Shown here piece by piece: positions 24,201 through 35,815 of a stretch of DNA of 64,000 bases (position 1 is the first letter of the stretch; each line of letters starts with the position of its first letter). Location: positions 47,567,714 through 47,631,713 of the forward strand of contig NC_068984.1 of NCBI RefSeq assembly GCF_001194135.2, written 5' to 3'. The stretch is from Octopus bimaculoides (taxonomy: Eukaryota). A program made the position numbers and the translations under genes. Under the pieces are notes generated by a model. That model saw only the letters and a program-made list of their open reading frames with translations. It did no database searches and was not told the DNA's origin.

Positions 24201-25321
24201 ACTAGTAATTTATTTTAATGACCTCGGTGGCATGAAAAAAAAAAACTGTCACTGGTAGGATTTTAAGTGAGAGCATAAAAGAGCCAGAATATATACTGCA
24301 AAGTATTTGGGATGAAAAGTGAAAGGCAGAGTTTAATTGGAGAGATCTGTGAGGTAAACGTGAAGAGAAGTTAACTGACGGCGTCAGGATATTTTATACG
24401 GCGTTTTATGGATTCTTGCATCCACTAGTCTCAAAAGGATTTCTTACGTAGCCTTAAGGCAACAAATTTTAAGAGAGCTGTTCCACTGGATCGTTATTTC
24501 CGCTTCCAGCTGAGTACGAAACATCACGAACGTATTTAGAACATTATCTCGTCGTCTTTTAGGCTCATACCTTTCCACTGGAAGCAAACCTACAGAAGAA
24601 CAGGATATGTTTATTATTTCGGGCGTACCTAGATAGATGAAATGTTACAGCAATATGAGGGGCTGTAACTACCCCTGCCTGTGTAATACATGGGTGTTGC
24701 AGCTATGAAATTACGATTCATTAACATAATTAGACATCAAACACCCAACTATATAGTGTTTATTTTCAGATATATTTTCAGATAGATGGACTGTTATCAC
24801 AGCGCTGGGAGCTTTGTCTGTCTCGATTTTAAAATCAAGGACACAACAACATGCTCATACTAGTAAACGTACGTATACACAGAAACACAGGAATTTTACA
24901 CTGCACACGTTCTCCATCTTGATTATTTCTATGAGCTCACAGGTCTACGAAGAGATATAATCAATTATATTTACCTTAATAATTAACTCGTGCTAATTTT
25001 ATTGCCCTAAGAAAACAAAACTGGTATATGCCGTGCTTTAAAATCAGAACATGAAGGGATATAAGTCATTTATTCACCGTTCGGCTGTATGCCTGCGACG
25101 CAGGGATTTTTTTAATTTTTTTTTTTTAAGATTTCTATTATAAGGCACACATTTAGCTGTCTTTCCATGGTACTTATCTATAAGTTGGTATTTATTTTAA
25201 AGTTTCAAGAAGGAGTGAAAGTAAGAAGAAAAATCAACACTGGCGATTTCTGAAATTGAATTGTAAAGGGGTATAACTATCAGAAATCAGTTTGTCTCTC
25301 GTTCTATAGAACGTTTAAAAT

Positions 25322-25612
25322 AATAATGGTTTCAGATTTTGGCTCAAGCATTTCGCCCGGCATGCTAACGATTCTGCCAGCTCACCGACTTAGGATTAAT
25401 AATGATGGCCGCAGAAACGTTAGCACACTGGGCGGAATGCTTAGAGGTATTTCGTCTGTCTTTACGTCCTGAGTTTAAATTTCACCGAAGTCGACTTTAC
25501 CTTTCATCCTCTCGGGATCGATAAATTAAGTACTAGTTGCATACTAGGGTTGATCGAATCGACTGGCCACTTCCCCCAAAATTTCGGGCCTTGTGCCTAG
25601 AGTAGAAAAGAA
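25322..25612. mobile_element. SINE family B: internally deleted minus copy (25322-25392) head-to-head with a plus copy (25405-25612)
   Basis: AAGCATTTCGCCCGGCATGCTAACGATTCTGCCAGCTCACC (-) is followed by GCAGAAACGTTAGCACACTGGGCGGAATGCTTAG...CCTTGTGCCTAGAGTAGAAAAG (+). Confidence 0.85.
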
Positions 25613-26110
25613 TATAAATAATGATGGTGGTGGTATGATGGTAGTTGACAGGCCGCAAAAGCACAAGGTCTGAGATTCTGAGGGAAGGAAGCTGTAGATA
25701 TTATCAATACCCGTATTGATTGGTACGCTATTTTATCAAAAAGGGAAGAATGAAAGGTAAAGTTGATTTATAACATGGAAACAACGTGTTGTGATTTTGA
25801 CGAAGATAAAACTCAACGTTATCGATTGAGGTACTTAACAAGCATTCTCAGTCACAGACGTATGACAATCAAAATCATGTTCAACGTTATTTCGAACAAG
25901 AACACAACTACATTAATAGACACTCATTACCTTCCATAGGAAGATATAGCAAATGCCAAAAAAAGCTGAGGCATTCAGAATTTAATAAAATAATCACACC
26001 ACATCATTTTCATGTCATGGAAAGTAGATGTTTAGTTACAGCTCTGCTTTTATCCACCAGAGACCGCACTTTTGCCAGCATCCTTTTTGCTGAAGACATT
26101 ATTCTTTTAT

Positions 26111-26509
26111 TCTTTTACTTGGTTTTGTTAATTGATTGACTGCAACCATGCTGGAGCACCACTTTGAATGGTTTTAGGTGAACAAGTCGACCTCAGGACT
26201 TATTTTTAAGCCTAGTACTTATTATATCGGTCTTTTACCGAACCGCTATGTTACGGGGACGTAAACACACCAACAACAGTTGTCAAGTAGTGATTGGGGG
26301 GGGGGGGCAAACACAAGCGCACGCACACACATACATAGACACATATCTAGGTATACGACGGTGTTCTTTCAGTTTCCGTCTACTAAATCCACTCACAAAG
26401 CTTTGGTCGGCCCGAGGCTATATTAGAAGACACTTGCCCAAGGTACCACGCAATGAGATTGAACCCGGAACCATGTGGCTGGGAAGTAAGTTTCTTACCA
26501 CACAGCCAC
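26111..26509 (-). mobile_element. SINE family C, full length
   Basis: The sense strand starts GTGGCTGTGTGGTAAG (A-box-like), then GGGTTCAATCTC (B-box), CORE-like GGTACCTTGGGCAAGTGTCTT, an internal microsatellite and the tail. Confidence 0.92.
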
Positions 26510-27367
26510 AATAATTTGAGAGAGATTTTGTTGATATTTCTTGTAGGCTAACGACCTGGTAGAAAATACTTTGTTGATTCGCATCGAAATTAGCTGCGGT
26601 ATGCGATAATGTGAAACATGTTAGGTTTCAGATTATACCGGAACACTTACAATGACAACATCTTGGCAATTTTTCAAATCAGATGTAAGAAACGTAAACT
26701 GAAACCAACAGTAAAATAGTTACAAAACATCAGCTAAGAAAAATAATTCGTAGGCCAATGCACGAATTTCGACAGCCTAGGTTGGTTCGATTGTAATTTA
26801 TTGAATGACGTAAGCAGAAGAGAAATTATCAATGAATTCAAATTTACCCCATAAAGAAAGAGAAGAACCTAGCGGAGATTATACGCAATTTTCAAAGAAA
26901 ACAGATTGCTCCAAGAAACTAAGAGTATATTTCATACTCTTTCATTTAAACTCTCATATTAAGGAGGAAATCTGATTTCTTGGTAGCAAGCAAGGTAACA
27001 GTTAAAGACACATCTCTGTCGGATTACATCTCATCAGTGAAGCAGAGAATTCGCAAGACTAGTTAATTGGTCGACAAACATTTACAAAGAGAAAAAAAAT
27101 TACGACCAATGCAGGCTTGCAAAGATTCTACTTCGTTAATGAGATCTAATAAGGTTCCCAAAATGACCGGTGTCGTCGAACTTTCTGCTACTAAACTTCA
27201 AAGGAATTCTCCAAGAATGACATAATTTATGTGAAATTAATTATGTATCTCTTGGAATTATCTTTTGCAGTTGGGAGTCGCGAACAACTATTTCGAGTGT
27301 TTTTTTTTTTATTCAGAACAATAATTCTGGGGCGCACGCCATTCTGTACATCACCACTTACCTGTGA

Positions 27368-27750
27368 GTAGAGGCGCAATGGCCCAGTAGTTAGGGTAGC
27401 GGACTCACGGTCGTAGGATCGCGGTTTCGATTCTCAGACGGAGATTGTGAGTGTTTATTGAGCGAAAACGCCTAAAGTTCCACGCGGCTCCGGCAGGGGA
27501 TGGATGCGAACCCTGCTGTACTCTTTCACCACAACTTTCTCTCACTCTGTCTTCCTATTTCTGTTGTACCTGTATTTCAAAGGGCCAGCCTTGTCACACT
27601 CTGTGTCATGCTGAATCTCCTCGAGAACTACGTTAAGGGTACACGTGTCTGTGGATTGTTTAGCCACTTGCACGTTAATTTCATGAGCAGGCTGTTCCGT
27701 TGATCGGATCAACTGGAACTGTCGTCGTCGTTACCGACGGAGTGCCAACC
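27368..27750 (+). mobile_element. SINE family A, full length with 12-bp TSD
   Basis: The body matches the 20814 copy. TSD ACTTACCT(G/C)TGA at 27356-27367 and 27752-27763. Confidence 0.92.
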
Positions 27751-27849
27751 AACTTACCTCTGAAATGCTAGATGTAGGAGGCAAAGTAAACGGTATTTTG
27801 TATCGTTCACGCAACGCATGTGTAAAGTTATTCTCCAATTTTCTTTTTA

Positions 27850-28510
27850 CTTGATGCGGTCTTTGAATTACGGCCATGCTGTACCACTACTTTGACGGGC
27901 TTGGTCGAATAAATTGACCCCAGTACGTACCCCTCTTAAGTTTGATACTTATTCAATACCGAACTGCTAAGTTATGGAGACATAAACAAACCACCATCGG
28001 TTGTCAAGAGCGGTAGAGGCAAACACAAAGACATGCGTGCACTCACGCACATTATACATATATATCACGTTATTGACCAGGTTATAAGATGTAGTGATAC
28101 ATCACTAGTCACAATGCGCTTCGCATTGTTTTAGCTTTCGAATGATGTCACGATCATTCCCCCTGAACAGAACGCCAGTCCCACGCAGAGTTAACCATTA
28201 AAGTTGAGTGAACTGGAGCAACATGAAATGAAGTTTTCTTCTCAAGAACAAGAACATAATGCGTTGCCCGTCTGGGAATCGAAACTACGATCTTGCCATC
28301 GTAAGTGCAACAATCTAGTCACTAAACCACGTACACACACACACACACAAACAAGGTAGGCTGCAACACAGTTTCTGCCAAGCAAATTCACTCACAAGAC
28401 ATTGGTTTATCCAAGGCTATGGAACATGACTCTTGCACAAGTTACCACGTAATGGTACTGAATCTGCAACCACGTGGCTGCAAAGCGAAGTTCTGAACCA
28501 AACAGCCATA
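27850..28510 (-). mobile_element. Nested or fragmented family C pieces (27850-28050, 28355-28510) with a family E fragment (28170-28330) between them
   Basis: The family C tail and head are separated by a segment TGAACTGGAGCAACATGAAATGAAG..CTCAAGAAC..GGGAATCGAAAC that matches family E. Confidence 0.65.
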
Positions 28511-28588
28511 ATTGTGCCTAGTTAATTACTCGTTTTTTTAAAATCTATTTCATTTTGCTATAGATTTCATTCTTATGTTGGTGTGCGC

Positions 28589-28589
<1 letters not shown>

Positions 28590-28629
<40 letters not shown>

Positions 28630-29620
28630 AGTGTTGTATGTGTGTGTGTGTGTGTGCGCGCGCGCGTGTATATCCAAAGATGCGCATGCGTTAGGGAACG
28701 TGCATGAATATGTGCAGAGATATGTACAAACGTACTTTGGCAACATGCGAATGCCAAACATTCGTGTGTTTGCATGCGGGAGTATGCATTCAGGGGTGAT
28801 TTTACATGTAAATGTGTGCGTGTGCGTGTAAGCGAAAGACTGCGTTGATGTGTGCGTGTGTGTTTGCACGGACATATGCATTTCTATGCATGGACATGTG
28901 TGCGTCTTAGTGAGTGACTGTGCAAGCTTCGCTGACTCAGTGCGTGTCCGTGTGTGCGTCCCTGAGTAGCGTTTTCCTGCGCTTCATTGAGCGCTTCTAC
29001 GCTCGCGAGTGAGCTTGTGCATACGTTTGGGTATTTCTGCATGCATATGTGAACGTATATGTACTTCTATGGCACCGTGTAACCGTTTGCATATGTGACA
29101 ACATGTGAACGTGTGTGCGAATATTAAAGCATGTGAACGCACAGAAATGAGCATATGCAAGCGTATGCAACCGCGAGTATTTATGTTTGTATGTGAACGG
29201 ATGTGTGTGCGTGCGCGCTTATGCAGATGTACATGTATATGCACGTATGCGAATACATGTGTGCGCGAGCGGATGCACACAAATGTGCAGGCGAAGGCGT
29301 ATGCAAACATCTGTGCATGCGCAAATGCGAACACGGATGTGTGTACGCGTATGACCACACGTGTACGTGTGCGCGTATGACCACACGTGTACGTGTGCGC
29401 GTATGAAAGCGCAGGTGTGCGCACGTGTATACAAATACAGTTGTGTGTACGCTTCTGTGTATGCAAACGCAACTGTGAATGCGCCAATGCGAAAGAGGGA
29501 TTTTTCCCTGGGCTTGTGAAAGCGCAAATGAAAATGTGTGCATGTGATCGTGTCACGTGAAAGGACATGTGCACACCAATAAGCATATACATGAGCGAAT
29601 ATTTGCACGTGTGTTTGCAA
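28590..29620. repeat. Large degenerate (TG/CA/CG) microsatellite region, including a 26-bp direct repeat at ~29340-29405
   Basis: Alternating purine-pyrimidine sequence. GCGTATGACCACACGTGTACGTGTGC is repeated. All ORFs here are artefacts. Confidence 0.85.
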
Positions 29621-30006
29621 TGCCTTTATTTTATGCCATAGTGCCTTACTGATTGACTAAACAGCAACCCAATCGATCCTACCAATGAGAGAATGGTTAC
29701 ATAAGGCATGAGAACATCAACCCTCACTATTCCTGATTAAATTATGCTAAACAGTGACGAGACGAATAAAGAGATATAAGCATGAATAGAAATTTAATAT
29801 TGCACAAGAAAAATGTAAAATGAACAGGCGTTCGCACTCGTAAACTAACGTAAGCACAGAAATACATATGAAACAGAAACGTCGAGATTACATGAGACAC
29901 AAAAAGAGAAGGAAGTATTTCAGAGAGAGAGAGAGAGAGAGAGAAGCGGGGTAAAAGAGATTCTAACACAAGCAAAGATGGATGGCTGAAAGGAGTTGAA
30001 TATTCA

Positions 30007-30203
30007 TTTCAAATTTTACTACAAGGCCAGCAATTTCGAGGGAGGAAGTAAGTCAATTATATCCTAGTATTCACTTTTATCGACACCGAAAGAATGTAAG
30101 GCAAAGTCGACTTCGGCGGAATTTGAACTTAGAACGTGAAAACAGACGAAATGCCGTTAAGCATTTCATCCGGTGAACTAACGATTCTGCCTGCTCGCCG
30201 CCT
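30007..30203 (-). mobile_element. SINE family B
   Basis: GGCAAAGTCGACTTCGGCGGAATTTGAACT..AAGCATTTC..CTAACGATTCTGCC..GCCGCC. Confidence 0.85.
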
Positions 30204-30922
30204 CAAACGAGTTAAATATTAAGTGTGCGTGTGTGTGTTTTAACTGCATAGCTGTCACTAGCATGCGCGTATTACCTTGGAGGTTATACCAAACTTACCC
30301 TAGTTGTTTTCGGTGGCGATATACTCGGGAGCAGACAGAAACACCAGAAACACTAGGCCACGTCATATGTTCTTATTTATATGATACAAACAAAGCACAC
30401 ACTCAAACACAAGTATAAGGTCGGGTGCTCTTCATTTCTTATTGTCGGTTAAACACTCGGAAGCGAGTTTGGGGTTGTTGGTTCCGAAAAGAAGTTATTT
30501 CTATAATGAAATTCCTGACGAAGAGTATTTCCAAGTCAAAATAACTTCGTTTAAATACAAAACACCCCCACCCTTTTCAGCAGCAAATATCTACATCTGC
30601 TCTTTTCTCGATAACAACTATAATTTCTGTACGATAAAACAATGCCAACTTAACATCAAAATTGTTTATATGCAAAGGAAGATCAAGGCAAATTCAAACT
30701 TTTGTTAGAATAAGGTTGATTCATTTAAAAGCAAACGTAGGCACAAGCATGGATGCACAGAAGGACGCTTTACATCCACGAAGTTTCGGGTTCAGTCCTA
30801 TTGCCCAGTATTTTGTGCAGTTGTTTTCTGCTGTAGCCCCCAAGTCGTCCAGTAAATGTCTTGAAAGTGAATTTCGAAGACAGAAACTATAGAAGACCGC
30901 CGTGTGTGTGTGTGTATGTATA

Positions 30923-30956
<34 letters not shown>

Positions 30957-30958
30957 AT

Positions 30959-31745
30959 TTGAAAATGAATAAAAATGAAAATGCCACTTTTTAAAAACAT
31001 TTTTGGGGTGTTTTAATTAATCTACATGTTTCGTTTTTTTCGAAAAACCTTATCAAAAATGAATATAAAATATGTGAGAAGAGAAAAGGGCTATTAATAA
31101 ATTAAAATTAAGAATGACATTCATAGTTTACTGTTATTTCTTGCATGCGCACGTAGTCCTTTCCTTGAGCACTGAAAACATGGTAATTCCAACTTGTTCT
31201 TTTAGTACATTACTACTNNNNNNNNNNNNNNNNNNNNNNNNNNNNNNNNNNNNNNNNNNNNNNNNNNNNNNNNNNNNNNNNNNNNNNNNNNNNNNNNNNN
31301 NNNNNNNNNNNNNNNNNNNNNNNNNNNNNNNNNNNNNNNNNNNNNNNNNNNNNNNNNNNNNNNNNNNNNNNNNNNNNNNNNNNNNNNNNNNNNNNNNNNN
31401 NNNNNNNNNNNNNNNNAGTTATTCGACAGCTACAACCACTCCTAGAATTCCTGACCACTATTTAATTTACTAAAACAGATAGTAATAATCTACTAAAAGA
31501 ACAAGTTGGAATTACCATGTTTTCAGTGCTCAAGGAAAGGACCACGTGCGTATGCAAGAAATAACAGTAAACTATGAATGTCATTCTTAATTTTAATTTT
31601 ATTTTATTAATAGCCCTTTTCTCTTCTCACATATTTTATATTCATTTTTGATAAGGTTTTTCAAAAAAACTGAAACATGTAAATTAATTAAAACACCCAA
31701 AAAATGTTTTTAAAAAGTGGCATTTTCATTTTTATTCATTTTCAA
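30959..31745. mobile_element. Foldback-type element: ~260-bp inverted arms (30959-31217 / ~31480-31745) around a gapped spacer
   Basis: The arms are near-perfect reverse complements, e.g. GAAAATGAATAAAAATGAAAATGCCAC..GAGCACTGAAAACATGGTAATTCCAACTTGTTC. Scattered mismatches argue against a pure assembly echo. Confidence 0.8.
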
Positions 31746-31767
31746 TATTTACTTACTTGTGTAGTAC

Positions 31768-32387
31768 TTTTTACATTTAACGGATATTTGTCTTCATCTT
31801 GTTTCTTGTTAACATAACTTTTCGGCTGATAGACCTTCCAGCGTTCATCAGGTGTCTTGGGGAAATTTCGAACCTGGGTTCTCATTCCTAAGGTATTTTT
31901 CGATAATACAGTTCTATATTTAAGAGATGAGGAATTATTTACATATATTTATATTATTTACATTCGACGGATATATGTCCTCATCTTGTTTGTTGTTAAC
32001 ACAACGTTAACATTACGCCATATGCCCACGGCCATATGGCGTAGTGGTTAAGAGCGCGTGCTACTAACCCCAAGATTCCGAGTTCGATTCCAAGCAGTGA
32101 CCTGAACAATAATAATAGTAATAATAACATCGAAAAATACCTTAGAAATGAGAACCCAGATTCGAAATTTCCCCAAGACACCTGAAGAAGGCTGGAGGGT
32201 ATATCAGCCAAAACGTTGTGTTAATAACAATCAAGATGAGGACAAATATCCGTCGAATGCAAATAATGTATTTTTCGATATTATTATTCAGGTCACTGCC
32301 TGGAATCGAACTCGGAATCTTGGGGTTAGTAGCTCACGCTCTTAACCACTACGCCATATGGCCGTGGGTATATGGCGTAGTGATTAA
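31768..32387. mobile_element. Family D second locus: rearranged cluster of tRNA-head/hammerhead units in both orientations
   Basis: Order: (-) hammerhead arm 31768-31905, (-) partial 3' repeat ~31905-32008, palindromic junction TACGCCATATG-CCCACGGC-CATATGGCGTA, (+) full unit ~32029-32270, (-) head 32272-32360 and a second palindromic junction. Confidence 0.85.
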
Positions 32388-32414
32388 ATATATAGGTGTG
32401 TGTGTATGTGCGTG

Positions 32415-32560
32415 CGCGCGTGCGTTGCTTAGTGGGTGGGGTGTTGGATTCATAAACGTAGGATTGTGGTTTCGATCCTCGGACCAGGCGATCCGTTGTG
32501 TTCTTGAGTAAAACACTTCATTTCACGTTGCTCCAATCCACTCAACTGTAGAAATGAGTT
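32415..32560 (+). mobile_element. SINE family E fragment (tRNA head + CORE-like domain)
   Basis: GGTTTCGATCCTCGGACC..GTGTTCTTGAGTAAAACACTTCATTTCACGTTGCTCCAATCCACTCAACTGTAGAAATGAGT. Confidence 0.7.
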
Positions 32561-33587
32561 TAGATAGCCCTAGATACACTGCATGGCTGCAGCGCCCCAA
32601 CGACTCCCAAAGTTCTAAAGAGCTTGTCAATTGTCAAGTTAATGTGTTTGCGTTTGTCCTCACACCACCGCTTGACAACTATTGTTAGTTTGATCTAGCA
32701 TTCCAGCAAAAGCAAACGATAGAATAAGGACTAAACTTTAAAAGTAAGTTCTGGATGTCGGTGACTCAGGAATGTTGCAGATCAAAGACTAAAAGATTAA
32801 AGAAACGAGAAAGGATGAATACAACCATTCGCACTACCATAACGCTACAAAACCCGTTAACTGTTCTTCAAATGAGAGAATGGTTGCATAAGGCATGACA
32901 ACATCAAACCTTTACAGTTCTGTCCACGTCAGATCCTGTTCAATTGAGCCGATCTTTGTAGGTAGTCATAGCATACTACGCTATACAAAGTTACTAACAT
33001 ATGCGCCATCAACTAAGTTGCAGGCAGGCGAACAGACAAACATGCGTGTATCCATGTATTTAAGAACCGTTGAAAAAATTAATTTCAAACAAAAGTGAGT
33101 GACTAATGCGTAAGACGTTCCCTATGCTGAAGTATGCTATTTAGCGGTAGATCGGCTCTGACGAAATAGGCCTACTGGCTCAGGTGTTCTAGCCTTGACT
33201 ATTTCGTCATCTATATAAATAAGAGCGAAATTCTGTCTGTCCGGGATCCCTGTATCTCAGTCTATATAAACATGTTATACCTTTTAGGAATCAATAAGAT
33301 CCCGGAATTGAAAATCTACCCTTCATTTGGTTCTTGAACAACCACCATCGGGATCTGATTTAAAAGCATTTGGCTTGCTATTTCTAGCAGGTAAAGAGGC
33401 CATGAGAGTTACTTCCCTTAGCTTTAAGTTTTGGTAAGGAAATTTAGTGGTGCTTTTATCTTTTCCAGTTATCAAACTGCAGCCACGCTGGGGGCATCGC
33501 CTTGAATCTTAATCGAACAAATCGACACCAGTTCTTCCTTTTTTGTGCCTGATACTTTTTCTATTGGCCTTTTTTACCGAAGCACTA

Positions 33588-33588
<1 letters not shown>

Positions 33589-33650
<62 letters not shown>
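33589..33650. repeat. Perfect (TA)31 microsatellite
   Basis: Direct reading. Confidence 0.95.
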
Positions 33651-33651
<1 letters not shown>

Positions 33652-35035
33652 CTTCTATTCAAATTTTAAAAGAACTCCAACCAATAAATGCTTTATTATT
33701 ATTGCTCTCTTTATTTTTGCGCAGGCGTAAATTTGATATAGCAACAGATATATCTTGGACAGCATAATCCGACGTCTTTTTTAGACGGTGAGAGGTATTA
33801 TGTATGTAGATGCGCAACATATCGCTTTGCTGTGTGTGTGGGTGAGAGAGAGAGAGACAGACAGACAGACAGAAACATATTTTGTCTTGTTTTGGAGTAT
33901 GTTAAATGCAAAGGCTAAAGATGTTTCATATGATAATAATATTTCTCCCGAGTCTACTATAGCTTAATGTGGGTTAATTGTTACACGAGTTGGTGTCGAT
34001 GATGGAAGAAAGATGGGGAAGGAGATAGTGATGGAGTTGGAAAGAATCAGTAATGTAACAACACTCGTTTCAGATCTTCATATCGTCAAACCATCCACCA
34101 TTACCATCGCTTCCACCGCCAACAGGACATAACCAATAGCTTCTACATCATTACTGCTACTAAATTTGTTTTGTCCCCTTGCTTTCTTTTCTTCGCTTTT
34201 CTATATTTTTTTTTTTTGCCTCTATATCAAAATATTATTTTAAGCAAAAATCAAGAGAAGTTGGCGAGGAAGGGGCTTAGGGAGTAAGGGCGTAGAGGTT
34301 TTGGGTGTGTAGGACTGGGGGAATTCGCAAATAGAACACCAATAAGGGTTAAAAGCGGTGGAGGACGGTGGGCTAGAAAAGCTATAGAGGTAAAACGAAG
34401 AGAGAAAGAAGACCATATAAATATATGTGTGTGAGTGTGTGGATAAAAGTGTGAGGATGATAAAGAAAAGTGGGAACGGAGCAGAATGAGAGGTAAAGAG
34501 ACAGGGAGGGGGATGGGGGGGGGGGGTAAAACGTGATTGAAAAGGAAAACATTTAAAGAAAAAAGATACTTGTTTTTAACTGTTTGCGAATGTACAGTGA
34601 TATGCATGACCGTGTGTGTAATGACGTTTGCACATATGCACATATATGCACTTGTGTATTTGCATAAATTTGCAGTTGATTGTGTGTGTGTGTAATCAAT
34701 GTATGTATAAANNNNNNNNNNNNNNNNNNNNNNNNNNNNNNNNNNNNNNNNNNNNNNNNNNNNNNNNNNNNNNNNNNNNNNNNNNNNNNNNNNNNNNNNN
34801 NNNNNNNNNNNNNNNNNNNNNNNNNNNNNNNNNNNNNNNNNNNNNNNNNNNNNNNNNNNNNNNNNNNNNNNNNNNNNNNNNNNNNNNNNNNNNNNNNNNN
34901 NNNNNNNNNNNNNNNNNNNNNNNNNNNNNNNNNNNNNNNNNNNNNNNNNNNNNNNNNNNNNNNNNNNNNNNNNNNNNNNNNNNNNNNNNNNNNNNNNNNN
35001 NNNNNNNNNNNNNNNNNNNNNNNNNNNNNNNNNAG

Positions 35036-35260
35036 GCCATTTAAGAATACACAAAAAACTTGTTAGATTCACTTCAACATTTAAATTTAATTTATATCAA
35101 AATATTATCGTCGCTTTGAAACCGCTACCTGTTCACTGACAAAATTTTGTCAGAGAAGAGGTCGCGGTTTCAAAACGACGAAAATATTTTGACACAAATT
35201 AAATTTAAATGTTGAAGTGAATCTAACGGTTTTTTTTTTATGTGTGTGTTTTTAAATGGC
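35036..35260. repeat. Imperfect palindrome / palindromic MITE centred on CTGACAAAATTTTGTCAG
   Basis: Arms of ~110 bp, e.g. GTTAGATTCACTTCAACATTTAAATTTAATT versus AATTAAATTTAAATGTTGAAGTGAATCTAAC. It abuts an N gap. Confidence 0.88.
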
Positions 35261-35664
35261 TTATAAACATCTTCCACGCTGCAATTCTTTTTGTTTCAGC
35301 ACACGATCTTAGATCAAGTCATTTGCTATGGAAGTACATCTCTGAAATATATATATGTGTGTGTGTGCGTGCAGTGTACAAAAAATGTAGAGAGCCGAAC
35401 GGAATGTTTAATCCTTTAAAATTAAACTAGTGTTGAAAGGAAGTCATTAGTGTTCCTGAGCCACTTTCAACAAGCGTTCTGTGAAATGGAGATGTGCAGT
35501 GAGAAGTGAGTGAGAATTAACAGGTACGTCACAACTTAGGGTAGATTTTGGTCTTATTCCAATTCTGGAGTGCAGTATAGTTTAACGCATATTTATCAGA
35601 TCTTAGAAACATTTTAGAGTATATGGTCCCTTTTCACTGCATGTTGTCATTTAATATTTCATAA

Positions 35665-35815
35665 ATTCTCTAATTCCGCCGAGGTCGACTTTGCCTTTCA
35701 TCCTTGTAGCATCGATAAAAAAAGAAGTACCAGTTGAGTACTAAGGTCAATGTAATCCACTTACCCACCACTCCCAAATTGCTGGCTTTGTGCCAAAATT
35801 TGAAACCAATATTTA
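35665..35815 (+). mobile_element. SINE family B, 5'-truncated
   Basis: AATTCCGCCGAGGTCGACTTTGCCTTTCATCC..AAGTACCAGTTGAG..GTGCCAAAATTTGAAACC. Confidence 0.8.
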
